NCBI RefSeq assembly: GCF_031769215.1
Contig: NW_026781956.1
Location: 1,984,001-2,048,000, forward strand
Length of the DNA: 64,000 nt
Reading direction: 5' to 3'
From: Ylistrum balloti
Taxonomy: Eukaryota
This document shows, in pieces, positions 28,131 through 41,750 of the stretch. A program made the position numbers and the translations under genes. The notes below the pieces were generated by a model. It did not search any database and was not told the DNA's origin. It saw nothing but the letters and a program-made list of their open reading frames with translations. The stretch's first letter is position 1. Each line of letters opens with the position of its first letter.

Positions 28131-31100
28131 GTTGATCTTGCTGGGTACAATATTTAAGACCTTTATTAGTGGCTCAACTTATCGCTTAAGAAAGTGGAGT
28201 CAATTCTATGGCCTATACCTGACAATTTGATTACATAATTGTTCCACTTGTCCACAACAGGTCCAGTGTATCTGTAGTGTTATTTAATCTCTCTCTCGTT
28301 AAATACGTCAAATGGAGGTTGTGTTAGAAGATATAATACAGACTCTCTATAAATCAGCACTGGGATGAATCATGCTTGGAATCTGACTACAACTCAGTAT
28401 ATGATGAATGATAGACGTTAGGTAGACCTCAGTGACAGGACGGACCAACACTTCAAAGTGTCTGTGTAATCATATCTCTCCTAACAGAAATCAGGCCATT
28501 AGAAAGAAGTTTCCTAAAGTGTTTCCCAGCAACACCTCTATGTATTATAGAATGTGTAAATGAGGTCTTTGTTTCGCGTGAGGATGTGAAAGCGTTACAT
28601 CTTTCGTTTAAAAGATATTGACTGAAAACCGACACTCGTGTATCAATGAAATATATATAACAACGACACAAATACGAATGGAAATGACCACCAAACTAGT
28701 GACTTAATAATTCATTTAATCACAAATATTCCTGAGACATTCCCATGATTCTTAGACCCGTTCAACGATGTGATATCGGCTTGACGGCATGGTCAGAGTT
28801 CTCATCCAAGAAAATGATCAGATACAAAGTATCACAGACAATTAGCAACATAAAACAAAGCAACTATGTTTATATAGTACCAGAAATGTTCTTTACTTCT
28901 TACAGGGACTGTAGTTACAGTACGAGTTCACAATTGCATGGCAGTTGTACTATCAAATTCTTAATTGATGAAGGGAGAACAAACTATCAACAGGATCAAA
29001 CTAGTATACCTTTTCACCTGTAATAGTCCGTGAAAATGATCAAACCACAACAAATGTTCATCCTTGATTAAAAGAAAAAGAAAAAATGTTCTCCAGCCTA
29101 CTGAACACTTTTCCCGATGACAGGTATTGTAATTAATTAGATTAAGATATATTGATTATGTATTTTGTTTCCTGCTCTAATCTTCTTCACATAATACCCT
29201 TTTTGTCGTCGATTTCTTTGGGTGTCTGGTATCGGTTGTGGTGTCGCTCTCGGAATGTCTGTCAGTCCGTCCTGTAGATCATTAGCTATTTGTTGTAGTA
29301 CCCGTCTTGAGGGGTTTTCCTTCCCATTTCAGATTTACTTGTTTGTCTGTCGTGGTATCAACCTGAGGGTGTATGCCATTCCCTATATAAGTTTTCCGGT
29401 TAAATTATCATCTCTACAATACGACTTTACAAGCAACTAGTTCACTCAGGTATCATAGGCAATACACGATTTGCGAGCATTTTCAAGGTGTAACTTAATT
29501 CAATTAATAACCGTGAATAATACAAGATTTTAAACGTCCACTCACTCATAAAAAAGTTCTTATTTAAGTCTTATGATCCGATAACCCGTGTATGCGGAAG
29601 AAAGCACCGACGTGCAGCAGACTAAATAGTGTTTCTTAAGAAGAAGTTTTGTTCTATAGGTAATGTCCGTGTCTACACTTTTCATTGTTCTAGATAGTAT
29701 ACAGTATGACATCACTAGAAGGATTTCAAGAGACGTCCGTACAATGTTTCAATCTTGTTTTTAAAAAAATCTGTCATTCATCATTTGATTTCAATTGTTA
29801 CCTAGATAATCACTCCCTTTTTCTATAGATTCCATATCTCACGATTTAAATTATCGTTATTTTTTCCAGTCTGAAAATATGCCATGATATATCCATTATC
29901 TTTGATTTTTCAAAATGAAGTCCTCATTACGGAACACGTCAAGATTCACCAAGATTTACCTGATGGTTGTAACCAAAAAAATTAGAAGACGCTTTTTCTT
30001 TCGAGTCACCTTATCTTATTCTCCAGGTACTTTTATAACTCATCGTGTACAAAATTTGTTCAACGTGTGGAGAAAAGCGAAGGAAATAAACTCGCCATGG
30101 TGAAGTTGAATCAATCATGTGTAAATGTCAAAACTAGATCTAAATATCAACTCACCATAACCTTAATAGGGTTACTTATAGATGTTGGGTGTTTGAAAAG
30201 TTCAGTCTCATCATTGTTTTCTTCTTACTAATATACTACTATTCACTTGGAATATTTTGTCACACAATACTCATGCAAAGTTTTTGTTAACCATGTTTTC
30301 AATCAGTTTTCTTTCCGTGGTATATATCATCCTAACCAGTATTATTTACAGTCATATTTCTATATCAATTTCAATAAAAAAAATCAATGTAAAAGCTGTT
30401 TGCAGACAAGGAAGTCTCATATAAATGTACATAAAAATCTTCATTGCGTTTTGTGATCTATTTTGTATAGTTTTCCTGATTCTTAAAAGGGTTTCACATT
30501 GTTCATATCGTGTTTAAAATATATGTTTTACATGTGTTTTGGTTGAACTGTTACACGCATGGATCGATTTGAATTGTGGTGATAAATATATACGCCATAG
30601 GGGAAATACCTTGTTTGGTTTCCATAAGACAGCTGACCGACAAAACATATCGTCTCATGTTTCCTATATTTTAAGGAAACGTGAAATTGATGCCCAGATA
30701 CTGACAGATAAGTCAGTTCGGTATTGTTAGAAAAGAGGAGGAAATGGATTTAGACGCCTACAGTAAATAAGGTATCATTGATCTATCTGATGGGATCCTT
30801 TAGAATTACACCGGGCTTTCTGACCAGTGCGCTCTTCACTCGCTCCAGTACCAGTGTGTAGTACAGTGGGGAATTCACACAGATGGAAACTCTATCCTGT
30901 TCGGTACTTCCAGGGATTAAATGTCCAAAGTATGAACTCTAATGTATCGTGAAGGACTAATTATTTGTCAGAAAAATAAGTGAACATCGTTTCGGATATT
31001 CTGTAAGGACAGACTGTGTTATTTAATTGTACATTGCGCGTTTTTCGTCAACACCGATACCGGATTGAAGATTTGGACCACTCAGATATACCAGGTAATT

Positions 31101-34065
31101 TGTATCATCCTTTACATTAAGTTTCATTAATCACATACAGAGGTTAAAGTTACTTATGTTAACTCTAGTTCCCCCTTATAATGTATATTTGTACCAAAGG
31201 CTGAGAAAATTGACACAGCAATAATGATCGCTATGATGTTGGACACATGATTACAATAATTGTTTGTTGTAGATATCCAGTTTTAAAATCATGAGATACA
31301 ATCAATTTTCTATTTTAAACGAGGAGCGTTTATTGAAAGGATGAAAGAACTTACGTATCTCTCCTAACAAAGAGATTTGTAGCAATACACAAGGCATTAA
31401 TGAAAATTTATCAGCACAATCATGTTAAATAAGAAATAAGTAGGAATATTATGTTATGGTCATAAAGTTGTCATGTTCTGTAGAGTCAACCAAACAAGAA
31501 TGGCAGTAACTGGACAATCTTATGGTCCTTGAAATCCCAAGCATGAAATATTGTGTAAATAAAAGTATGTCTATATTTTCAATTATCTTGAATCGAATTT
31601 ATTTCCTTTCACATTTTTGCCTACTTGTACATGTACAATATAGTAAATGTTATGTCATTCTATATTGGCAGTTATTACGGCATAAATAACATAATATGCA
31701 TGAGCTACGGATATCTAACGGATTGGCAAAAGTCGTGTTGTTTCTTAACTAGCATATCTAAACCCAAACTCCCTTTGGAAGAGGCACAGTTTTGAATGGT
31801 GATATCAATCAGCAAAGACATGATGATTTTAACATAAAAAAAAGAGATTTATTTGACACGTGGATTACAACAATTCCTGTTATTGAAAGCCCTGCGTTCG
31901 AAAGGAAAAGATAATGCAAGATATCGTAACACAATACTAGACTGGGCTCTGCCAAATAGTACATACCTCCAAACAGATATGTACTTAACATTGTGTATCA
32001 TGCCATTAACTGCTGCTAAGGTACTACTGGGAATACATGCATTCTCATTGATGTCAACGAAGTTTTTATATCAGTAGAAACAGAGATCCAAACAGAAATC
32101 TTGTCAGCGTGATGGAAATTGATTCAATTCTATTACAATTGTACGGGGGAAGATTTTAAGATTTTAAATTAATTCAAATTAATTGCCTCGTGTTGATTTA
32201 TCAAAGCCAATCAGACATACGTAACCTTATAACTCATTGTGATGTTATCATATTTCTACACAATCGAAACCCAACAGCAATGGTTTGACGTTTGTTCGTT
32301 GGAGAAAAACACTTTCAGCAAGCGCTTTCTAGTCATGTCCATGCATGTGGAAATAAAATTTGGCTGAAGATAGAACTCGACAAATACCGACAAACGCCAT
32401 TTGCGATTTCCTTAGACAGCTAGGTCGCCCGAATTTTTCTGTAGATAAGACCGTGAGAGTATCCTGACATACAAAATATCCTTTCAAACCTCCACTATAC
32501 GCTTTATTTGGCGGCTTCAGACGAGTAAACTTCCACTTGCTAATTTTGGAAAGATAACATTAACACATAATGAAGCTGAATGGTTTCCTTCAGAAATATT
32601 AGATGGATATATCGAAATGAATCAAAATGATAAAAGTGTGTCCCACTAAAATACAAAACGATATTATTTTTGAAGGCGGCTACGATAAAAACACGTACAC
32701 TAGGCATCAGGAGGAAATTGTAAAGGTGTTAGTGGGCGTGGTAACATGTAAAGGGCGATGTCGCATGTGCTTTCCATGACGTCATATCACAGGTTAAATG
32801 TTGTTTGTTGACGTATGATTACTAAGAGTGATTTAATATCAATAGCAACTCACTATATAGTCTTATGTATTTCTCAGATAATTGATTTTCTTTCTCTTTA
32901 AAACATTATATTTTCTCTTTGAATTTCAAATAAAAATTGCGTATATTGGGGCTTTCAAGCATTCATATGGCAATAAAAAATACACAAATTAACAAACCTA
33001 GACTTTGAAATACATTTTGTTCAAATCACATTTTATTTCATGTTCATCTCATTTCCAATATAAATCACTGGATTTACTTAAGCAACATGAAAATACACGC
33101 ATTTCGTTGAACGATACGACAATAATGAACTGAAAAACTGTTTTTATTTACTTGGCAGAGGTTATCATTGTCGTCGAACATTTGCTGCTAAACACAAGGT
33201 CATATTCTCATTTAACTGTCTTCAATAGTAAACATCCGATGTGCTATCTCCAGTAAGAAGCAAATTAATTATTGGAAATGCTTGATACGTGTATCTAGTT
33301 AGAGTGATTGTCTTTCTGATATCGTGTGTTTATCTCCCAGGCAAATATGATGCTTTCTAAAACTTGTCGTTCGCTCTTGTGATTTCATAACCAATCAAAA
33401 TCGGATCAGAGCTTCCATCAGGAATATGAGGACAAATTGACAGTGTGATTACCTGGCACACCCTTCGTCGCCACCAATAACTACAGCGGATTCTCGCAAA
33501 AAGAATTGACTGTCTCAAAGTGTCGAACGGATTAGCCGTGATGTCATGTAACATTGGATCAAAAATGGGACACGAAGATAGAAGATATGTAGAACAGCTT
33601 AACGCTGGAAATACTGAGAAAAGAAATGATGTTTAAAATGTTGGCTACATGATCTAAGAGGCGGACATTGTTTCCATCAAGTTGCTAAGATAAAATGTTT
33701 AAATAATTGACATTGACGTGGATTCACCAAGACAGACATTCAACTGTTAAAATAGAGATGCATGCATTTGCTTTTATTTAGAGGTATAAGGTCGGTCGCC
33801 AGTACATTTCCTGTGCAGTTCTTATGTCTCGCATTTGTCAATCTCGACGCCAGAAGACTTCAGTAACATGGTGTAACCCTGACTTTTATCTTAATTAGTC
33901 GAGACAGCAAACAAGAGAAGATTTAGTGAGAAGGATATACCTAGTACATTTAACACCAATTACCTTTGTTATTTTTTTTATACAAGGCGTTTTATTTCAG
34001 TTAATGTATTTGTGATATTAGAGCCATGGTTAATTCTAATCGCAATAAACCGCTCGACATTTCGT

Positions 34066-34132
34066 TGGCTCGATCGGTTGAGCATCAGGTTAGTATACCA
34101 GAGGTCATTGGTTCGAATTCTTCTAGCGGAAG
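34066..34132 (+). pseudogene. tRNA-Thr(AGT)-like segment in the 5' LTR
   Basis: A-box-like tggctcgatcgg, GCTC/GAGC D-stem, ttagtat anticodon loop, B-box ggttcgaattc; acceptor and anticodon stems are broken. Confidence 0.6.
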
Positions 34133-34318
34133 TACTTGGTTTCAAAATGACTTCTATTACATTGAATCCCCCTGTAGGGACTCGGGAATGATACTTGGCA
34201 TTATCCAACAGACATCACTGAAACCCCTATAAATTCGAGGACGAGTTCTTTTCCTTGGATAAGGAGTATGTAACCATGTAAATACTATCGGCAGTAAACC
34301 GCTCGGCTACAATATTCA

Positions 34319-34384
34319 TAGCTCGATCGGTTGAGCGTCAGACTAGTGAACCAGAGGTCCTGACTTCGAATCCTAGCGGAGGCA
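34319..34384 (+). pseudogene. tRNA-Thr(AGT)-like segment in the 3' LTR
   Basis: ctagtgaaccagaggtcctgacttcgaatcctagcggaggc closely resembles the 3' half of eukaryotic tRNA-Thr(AGT) (ctagtaaacaggagatcctgggttcgaatcccagcggtgcc, from memory); D-stem intact, other stems degenerate. Confidence 0.65.
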
Positions 34385-34385
34385 C

Positions 34386-34697
34386 TGTAATAAATGTCAC
34401 AATGTAAATAGTAGCAATTGTCACTAAGTACATAAGTGTCTATAAACGTCCTGTCTAATTTGTATTCGTTACTGTCCGTGCATTTACGTGTATGTCCTTA
34501 TTTGGTGTGTTGCCTGTTAGGTATTGACAGTGTATGTCCTTATATGATGTTGTCTTGAGACGTGTACGTGTCCAGGTGTGACAGGTGAGGAAGTCGTGCG
34601 AGAGTTAGTGTGTAGAGGAGCAGAACTACAGATTAGCCACGTCGCTCTGGACGTCCTCGGGAGTACAGACGCCACATATAGCTACGGGTGTAAATAA
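34386..34697 (+). mobile_element. Possible solo or truncated LTR abutting the TRIM
   Basis: Begins tgtaataaatg exactly at the TRIM 3' end and has a GC-richer 3' half than the flanks; no TSD or clear CA terminus found. Confidence 0.3.
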
Positions 34698-34867
34698 TGA
34701 CCTGTTTGACAAACATGGATTCTTCATTGAGACAAACATGAGAGAGTATTGAAAGAGTTTACCTCATAGTTGTATTGACTTCAATGAAAACTGACATTAG
34801 GACATGATATATCAACGTCGTCTTTATCCATTTGAAACATAAGGGAATTTCATTCGCGATAGTTTAA

Positions 34868-37609
34868 GATTTAGATATTGATGGTGGTGTTTGGATTAGC
34901 GATTTAGATATTGATGGTGGTGTTTGGATTAGCGATTTAGATATTGATGGTGGTGTTTGGATTAGTGATTTAGATATTGATGGCGGTGTTTGGATTAGTG
35001 ATTTAGATATTGATGTTTGGATTAGTGATTTAGATATTGATGGTGGTGTTTGGATTAGTGATTTAGATATTGATGGTGGTGTTTGGATTAGTGATTTAGA
35101 TATTGATGGTGGTGTTTGGATTAGTGATTTAGATATTGATGGTGGTGTTTGGATTAGTGATTTATGGTGTTTGATTTAGATATTGATGTGTTTGGATTGG
35201 ATTTAGATATTGATGGTGGTGTTTGGATTAGTGATTTAGATGGTGGTGTTTGGATGATGGTGGTGTTTGGATTAGTGATTTAGATATTGATGGTGGTGTT
35301 TGGATTAGTGATTTAGATATTGATGGTGGTGTTTGGATTAGTGATTTAGATATTGATGGTGGTGTTTGGATTAGTGATTTAGATGATGGTGGTGTTTGGA
35401 TTAGTGATTTAGGATGGTGGTGTTTGGATTGGTGTTTGGATTAGTGATTTAGATGATGGTGGTGTTTGGATTAGTGATTTAGATATGATGATGGTGGTGA
35501 TTTAGATATTGATGGTGGTGTTTGGATTAGTGATTTAGATGATGGTGGTGTTTGGATTAGAGATTTAGATATGATGGTGGTGTTTGGATTAGTGATTCAG
35601 ATGATGGTGGTGTTTGGATTAGTGATTTAGATATGATGGTGGTGTTTGGATTAGTGATTTAGATGATGGTGGTGTTTGGATTAGTGATTTAGATGATGGT
35701 GGTGTTTGGATTAGTGATTTAGATATTGATGGTGGTGTTTGGATTAGTGATTTAGATATTGATGGTGGTGTTTGGATTAGTGATTTAGATGATGGTGGTG
35801 TTTGGATTAGTGATTTAGATATTGATGGCGGTGTTTAGATTAGTGATTTAGATGATGGTGGTGTTTGGATTAGTGATTTAGATATTGATGGTGGTGTTTG
35901 GATTAGTGATTTAGATATTGATGTTTGGATTAGTGATTTAGATATTGATGTTTGGATTAGTGATTTAGATATTGATGGTGGTGTTTGGATTAGTGATTTA
36001 GATGATGGTGGTGTTTGGATTAGTGATTTAGATATTGATGGCGGTGTTTGGATTAGTGATTTAGATATTGATGTTTGGATTAGTGATTTAGATGATGGTG
36101 GTGTTTGGATTAGTGATTTAGATATGATGGTGGTGTTTGGATTAGAGATTTAGATATGATGGTGGTGTTTGGATTAGTGATTTAGATGATGGTGGTGTTT
36201 GGATTAGTGATTTAGATGATGGTGGTGTTTGGATTAGTGATTTAGATATTGATGGTGGTGTTTGGATTAGTGATTTAGATATTGATGGTGGTGTTTGGAT
36301 TAGTGATTTAGATATGATGGTGGTGTTTGGATTAGAGATTTAGATATTGATGGTGGTGTTTGGATTAGTGATTTAGATGATGGTGGTGTTTGGATTAGTG
36401 ATTTAGATATTGATGGTGGTGTTTGGATTAGTGATTTAGATATTGATGGTGGTGTTTGGATTAGTGATTTAGATATGATGGTGGTGTTTGGATTAGTGAT
36501 TTAGATTGAGTGTGTTTTTAGTGATTTAGATATTGATGAGTGATTTAGATTGGTGTTTGGATTAGATTGATGGATGGATTTAGGATGGTGGTGTTTGGAT
36601 TAGTGATTTAGATATTGATGGTGGTGTTTTTGGTGTTTGGATTAGTGATTTAGATATTGATGGTGGTGTTTGGATTAGTGATTTAGATACTGATGGTGGT
36701 GTTTGGATTAGTGATTTAGATACGATGGTGGTGTTTGGATTAGTGATTTAGATATTGATGTTTGGATTAGTGATTTAGATATTGATGGTGGTGTTTGGAT
36801 TAGTGATTTAGATATGATGGTGGTGTTTGGATTAGTGATTTAGATATTGATGGTGGTGTTTGGATTAGTGATTTAGATATTGATGGTGGTGTTTGGATTA
36901 GTGATTTAGATATTGATGGTGGTGTTTGGATTAGTGATTGAGATTAGAGATTTAGATGATGGTGGTGTTTGGATTAGAGATTAGATTGATGGTGGTGTTT
37001 GGATTAGTGATTTAGATATTGATGGCGGTGTTTGGATTAGTGATTTAGATGATGGTGGTGTTTGGATTAGTGATTTAGATATTGATGGTGGTGTTTGGAT
37101 TAGTGATTTAGATATTGATGGCGGTGTTTGGATTAGTGATTTAGATGATGGTGGTGTTTGGATTAGTGATTTAGATATTGATGGTGGTGTTTGGATTAGT
37201 GATTTAGATGATGGTGGTGTTTGGATTAGTGATTTAGATATTGATGGTGGTGTTTGGATTAGTGATTTAGATGATGGTGGTGTTTGGATTAGCGATTTAG
37301 ATACTGATGGTGGTGTTTGGATTAGTGATTTAGATATGATGGTGGTGTTTGGATTAGAGATTTAGATATGGATGGTGGTGTTTGGATTAGTGATTTAGAT
37401 ATTGATGGTGGTGTTTGGATTAGTGATTTAGATATTGATGGTGGTGTTTGGATTAGTGATTTAGATATTGATGGTGGTGTTTGGATTAGTGATTTAGATA
37501 TTGATGGCGGTGTTTGGATTAGTGATTTAGATATTGATGGCGGTGTTTGGATTAGTGATTTAGATATTGATGGCGGTGTTTGGATGGTGTTTGGATTAGT
37601 GATTTAGAT
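34868..37609. repeat. 33-bp minisatellite (~2.7 kb) with 32-, 30- and 27-bp length variants
   Basis: Unit gatttagatattgatggtggtgtttggattagt; translates as (DGGVWISDLDI)n in the ORF track. Confidence 0.99.
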
Positions 37610-39339
37610 CATTAATTATTTTATTATGTATCTATCTATTCTATTCTTCCAAAAAAACCTTACTTATACCCCTCTTGCCCGTTGCAATACTATCATTTGA
37701 TTATTTTTCATTTATTTCTTTCTTTCCTACCTTTCTGGGAGATGGATGAGAGTGTCTCATAGACGCTCACATATGACCCTCTCTGAAGAAACGTTTTTGA
37801 CAGTTTTTACTGCTATTTTGAAAGCATTCACAAATCCAGGGGTCACATGTTATGTTTACTGCCGCGAAAAATCAATCAAACAGCGCATGCATTATGCACT
37901 CTAAAGACAAGAGAATTTTAAGAGTCAATATTCATTTCAAGAAATGCGAATTACACAGCAGATTTGCCCAATCATTCCGAGAAAACACATTATTATACAA
38001 TAAGGCAATCAAATTCACATCCATTCTCATCATGTATCTCGTGAATACTGCTTCAACTGTCTATCAGTACACTGGTGACATCAAAAACTTGATGTCAGCT
38101 TCCTGAAACCCTACGTAAGATGAATGAGGTTACTGTGTTAATGTTTGTACTGCCTTTATAAAAATATGAATGAATTTTAATCTGGAAAGTTTTGATACAA
38201 TTCCGTATAACTTGTTGTTTTCGAGCGAGAGTTCACGCCAGTACATATCCGCAATGTTCGCGCAAATTATGTCTGATGAAGTTTTTCAGCAAACTAAATA
38301 CAATTTTGATATATTTATTGTGTGTTCTCGATATATAATCCATTAATTATTCTGTTTTATCTTGATTCACGATGTTTCCTCCTGTTGATACGGTTATAAC
38401 TTGTAATGCTATTTTCTCATTAAAACTTCACAGTACTTCAAGCTGCCTAATTCATACAATAAAACAACAGGTATATGACCTTATAGATGTTGACAACCGT
38501 TATTCTATCTGTTATTCATCTGTTGGTACAATTGCACCTGTCAGAAATATCGACACTCTCTCATTCGCCTGCCATCATGCGGTAATACATGTATACTTCA
38601 CATTCTTTCATTAAACGTCAGACAGGAACTGTCAAATTTCAACAGTTGACTTTCGCTACCATCACTATTTCTAACGGAACTGATGTAGGTATTTTTACAT
38701 TTTGACAGTTTCTAATCGCTAACGTCAACTTTGTTCCAGACATAAATGGAAATGCAATAAGTGTGTTATCTATATTGTCTATCTCACGATATATCAGGAT
38801 AGCATGTTTTTAACATACATTATACACTGGTGATGTTTTTATCAACAATGTTACATTCAATCACGCATTACCATTAATATTGCATTTCAATGTTTTACTG
38901 TTTAAAATGTGTCAACTTTCATTCCATGCCTTACTATCGTCATTTCCTATCCGGTCCATCTGTCATACTCTCTAAACTCTGATACATAACTTCAGAGAGC
39001 ATAATGGCGTTCTGGGTTCGTGTGTACTTGCATTAAGTCACGTGACAAGAATATGGCTCAACATTAACATCGATAAAGAATTTCGAAAAGTGCAACCTCT
39101 AAATGACATTCACGTGATACCAAATGTATATTACCATCAAGAGCATTGTCTTCGCTATTCAAAACGCTAGGTCCATCTGATTAAACTAAGTGGTGAGGCG
39201 AGTTTACGGTAATATATTTGCATTAAAGATGAGGTATTTTGTTGATTTATTGATGTAAACTATTCAGGTAGACACTAGAATTAAGATTGTTGGATTTATA
39301 TTGTCTACTAATGACACAGTATTCCATATTCAACACTAG

Positions 39340-39640
39340 TCCTCAACTGACAGCAAAACTCATAACACAGGGTTTCAAAAGATGCAGTTTTACGGTCGTC
39401 ATAGTGATCTTATTGAGAAATTTTCTTTTTCTTTGTAAGATATGATGCTTGTTGTGTTTAAATCTCCTGTATACCTTCTTCTCATTTGTGAACGTGACAT
39501 TACTTAATTTAATTGACGAAGTTTTACGTGGCGAAGACGCTCACTCCTCTGGAACACCTATTCTCATTGTACTCATATTGTATGGTAAAGAAGTATATCA
39601 TTCAAACCCTGGTATATGGATTATTTTTTAGGAAAAGTTC
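39340..39640 (+). mobile_element. Penelope-like (Naiad-type) element, decayed 3' end
   Basis: QLTAKLITQGFKR ... QFYGRHSDLIEKFSFSL matches LLTxKLLxQGY...KFYGRHxDLxxKY. It shares the 20-mer aaactcataacacagggttt (39356) with 51585, and the motif gaagacgctcactcctctggaacacc follows. Confidence 0.75.
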
Positions 39641-40324
39641 ATTAAAACCTGTTTCAAAGAAATGACAAAAATACTGTTTGTATCTAAATATTTTCATTGT
39701 TTCCAACTAATCTTAATTAGACGCTTGACATGCTACAAATAGACTTATATACTATAACAACCGTGGTATGTATAACATTTTGTAATGGATATCTAGACCA
39801 AATTTTACCAAAGTAGTTAGTGGACGTGGCACAGCATTACATACAAATGGAACTGTCTTTTACAGGTCTTTCTTTATTATGTATCAGATATTGTTCCTAT
39901 CAAACACTCCTTATTCACCAGAACAAATTAAGGAAACAAGTTTGGTGTATAAATAGATACGTTGTAAACATTATATATTGTATCTTTTTTTCTCCTGAAA
40001 TGATACTTCTTCATTAAGTGCCTTGCCTTTTGTACACAAATAGACACAGGGGTTGTGACCCAGTCTCTATTACAGTAATGATATTGGTCATTACGTTGCT
40101 GGACACTCCTCAAGTGCGCATACCTATACTTAGCACTATACGAACTAATTGCACCGATTGATATCGCACCATAAAAAATATAACGATACTTGAGAAATTC
40201 TGCGAACATTTATCAGTCAATATCGATACGAAAACAGTAATAGGGAATTTAGATAACAGTTTTGTCCTTGTTAACCTCTGCACAACAATTTTTTATATAT
40301 GGGAAAATGTCACTGAAGAAAGCA

Positions 40325-40740
40325 TCATTATCAGATGGTGGGCTATTCATACTCCTTCTGTCCGTCCGTAAACATTTTCTGTTATAGCTATTTCTTGAAA
40401 AGAATTGTATGGATATCACTCAAATTTTATGTGTAGGTTTCCCTTGGTCCCTAGTTGTGCTCGTGTGATTTTGGAACTGATAAGAAAAAATAAAATGGTC
40501 GACAGGCAGCCATCTTGGATGTTTGTAATGAAACATTAGATGCATCTCTCTCAAATTACATATGTAGGTTTCTCTTGGTTTCTAATCGTGCCCGTGTGGT
40601 TTTGGGACTCATAACAAAACACAAAATGGCTGACAGGCGGTCATTTTAGCTTTTTGCAATGAACGTTTGTTATCACTGTTTCTTTATATGTACTGGATAG
40701 ATCTCTCTGAAACTTTGCATGTGGATTCCTCTTTGTTGAT
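40325..40740 (+). mobile_element. Non-autonomous Helentron-associated (HINE/DINE-1/pearl-like) element remnant with ~2.5 internal repeats
   Basis: atcagatggtgggctattca followed by a (gtcc)n microsatellite, then tandem core repeats ((c/g)aaa(t/c)tt...atgt(a/g)g(g/a)tt at 40421, 40552 and ~40709; aaaatgg..gacaggc.g.cat.tt in two units). This layout is typical of bivalve HINEs. Confidence 0.65.
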
Positions 40741-41704
40741 GATTATTATTCAAGCAAAAATGTAACAATGATAACAGTCGCATACCAATACGATAGATCG
40801 TACTAATTAATGCAATCTTTGAATATCTATATGGACACTTGGTATCATGGGCTTACATAGATAATACCAAAATCAATGTAACTTCCTATGCGTTTAATCC
40901 TGTGTTCTATTCTATCTATGACTTAGACAGTCAGGGATGATGGGTAGAGTGATAAGGAAAGTCCTTGAGGAAGAAGAATAACGATTTAACATTAACAGTG
41001 ATATTTGATTTATATTGGCGGGAGATGTGTACTTACCATTTATATAACGACACACGGTTCCCATTGAAGTGACAGGTTTATTTATCGTAACATACAGTAT
41101 GCTTCATAATAGATGTTTGTTACTTCAGCATATATTTCAAAAGGTCGCTTTAATTTGATTACGGCATTTTTAAAATTAAGCATTGCATGTATAATAATAT
41201 ATATATATATCATACTATGATAAATCCTATTTCTGTATTTTTTATATAGATTTTTTTCAAATGATTCTTATTCAAATTTGTATGCGAGAATTAGGATTAA
41301 AAATAGCTACATATTCGTGCGGGAATGAATAAAAACCCGCTTTATATCACTACATAACATCATAAAACCAGCAAGTCGTAATAAAATAATAATTGGGCTT
41401 GGGGATGCCCAGCAATTCGGACGTTATTTCACCGTTGCTTTCTGTTTAGATGAACATCGGAGAGGCATGGTATGCTGTTGATGTGATTGGTGATGACAAT
41501 TTAAAAGTGACCTCCCAGTAGAATTGGAGGTTTTCTGTGGTGTCGACTACCAAGACATCGAGGAAATTAAAATTGATATGTTGCCCCATTGCAACACCTT
41601 CTGCTGCTCTTTCTCTCCGTGTTGTATTTACACATTGCTGTCCCTTTTGACATCCACCTCCATATGACATGATGTTGCGAGTAAGTCAAACACCGTAAAA
41701 CAAA

Positions 41705-41750
41705 ACACACACACACCTACACAGAAACACACAAGACACACACACACAAC
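41705..41750. repeat. Imperfect (CA)n microsatellite
   Basis: Directly visible. Confidence 0.8.

Larger units (their letters stand above)
34019..34386 (+). mobile_element. Non-autonomous LTR retroelement (TRIM) with tRNA-like sequence in both LTRs (Helenus-like)
   Basis: Two ~118-bp diverged direct repeats (34019-34136, 34269-34386). TGG-initiated PBS-like tggtttcaaaatg at 34137. The 132-bp non-coding interior ends in aaattcgaggacga (34231) plus purine tract ggataaggagta (34257-34268), followed by tgtaacc starting the 3' LTR. Confidence 0.75.

Noticed and set aside
29100-29330. Minus-strand YYVKKIRAG as a Gypsy chromodomain start
   Set aside because: The downstream W-x-G-Y/WEP signatures are not recovered.
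34066-34384. Functional tRNA-Thr genes
   Set aside because: Acceptor and anticodon stems do not pair, and both copies are embedded in LTR-like repeats.
35250-37607. (DGGVWISDLDI)n ORFs
   Set aside because: Satellite translation; frequent 32-bp units break the frame.
3218-37609. Tandem arrays as CRISPR arrays
   Set aside because: Units are contiguous with no unique spacers, there are no cas genes, and the context is eukaryotic.
14793-37609. Common origin of the 28-bp (reverse complement) and 33-bp units
   Set aside because: The resemblance needs several gaps and is explainable by shared GAT-rich composition.
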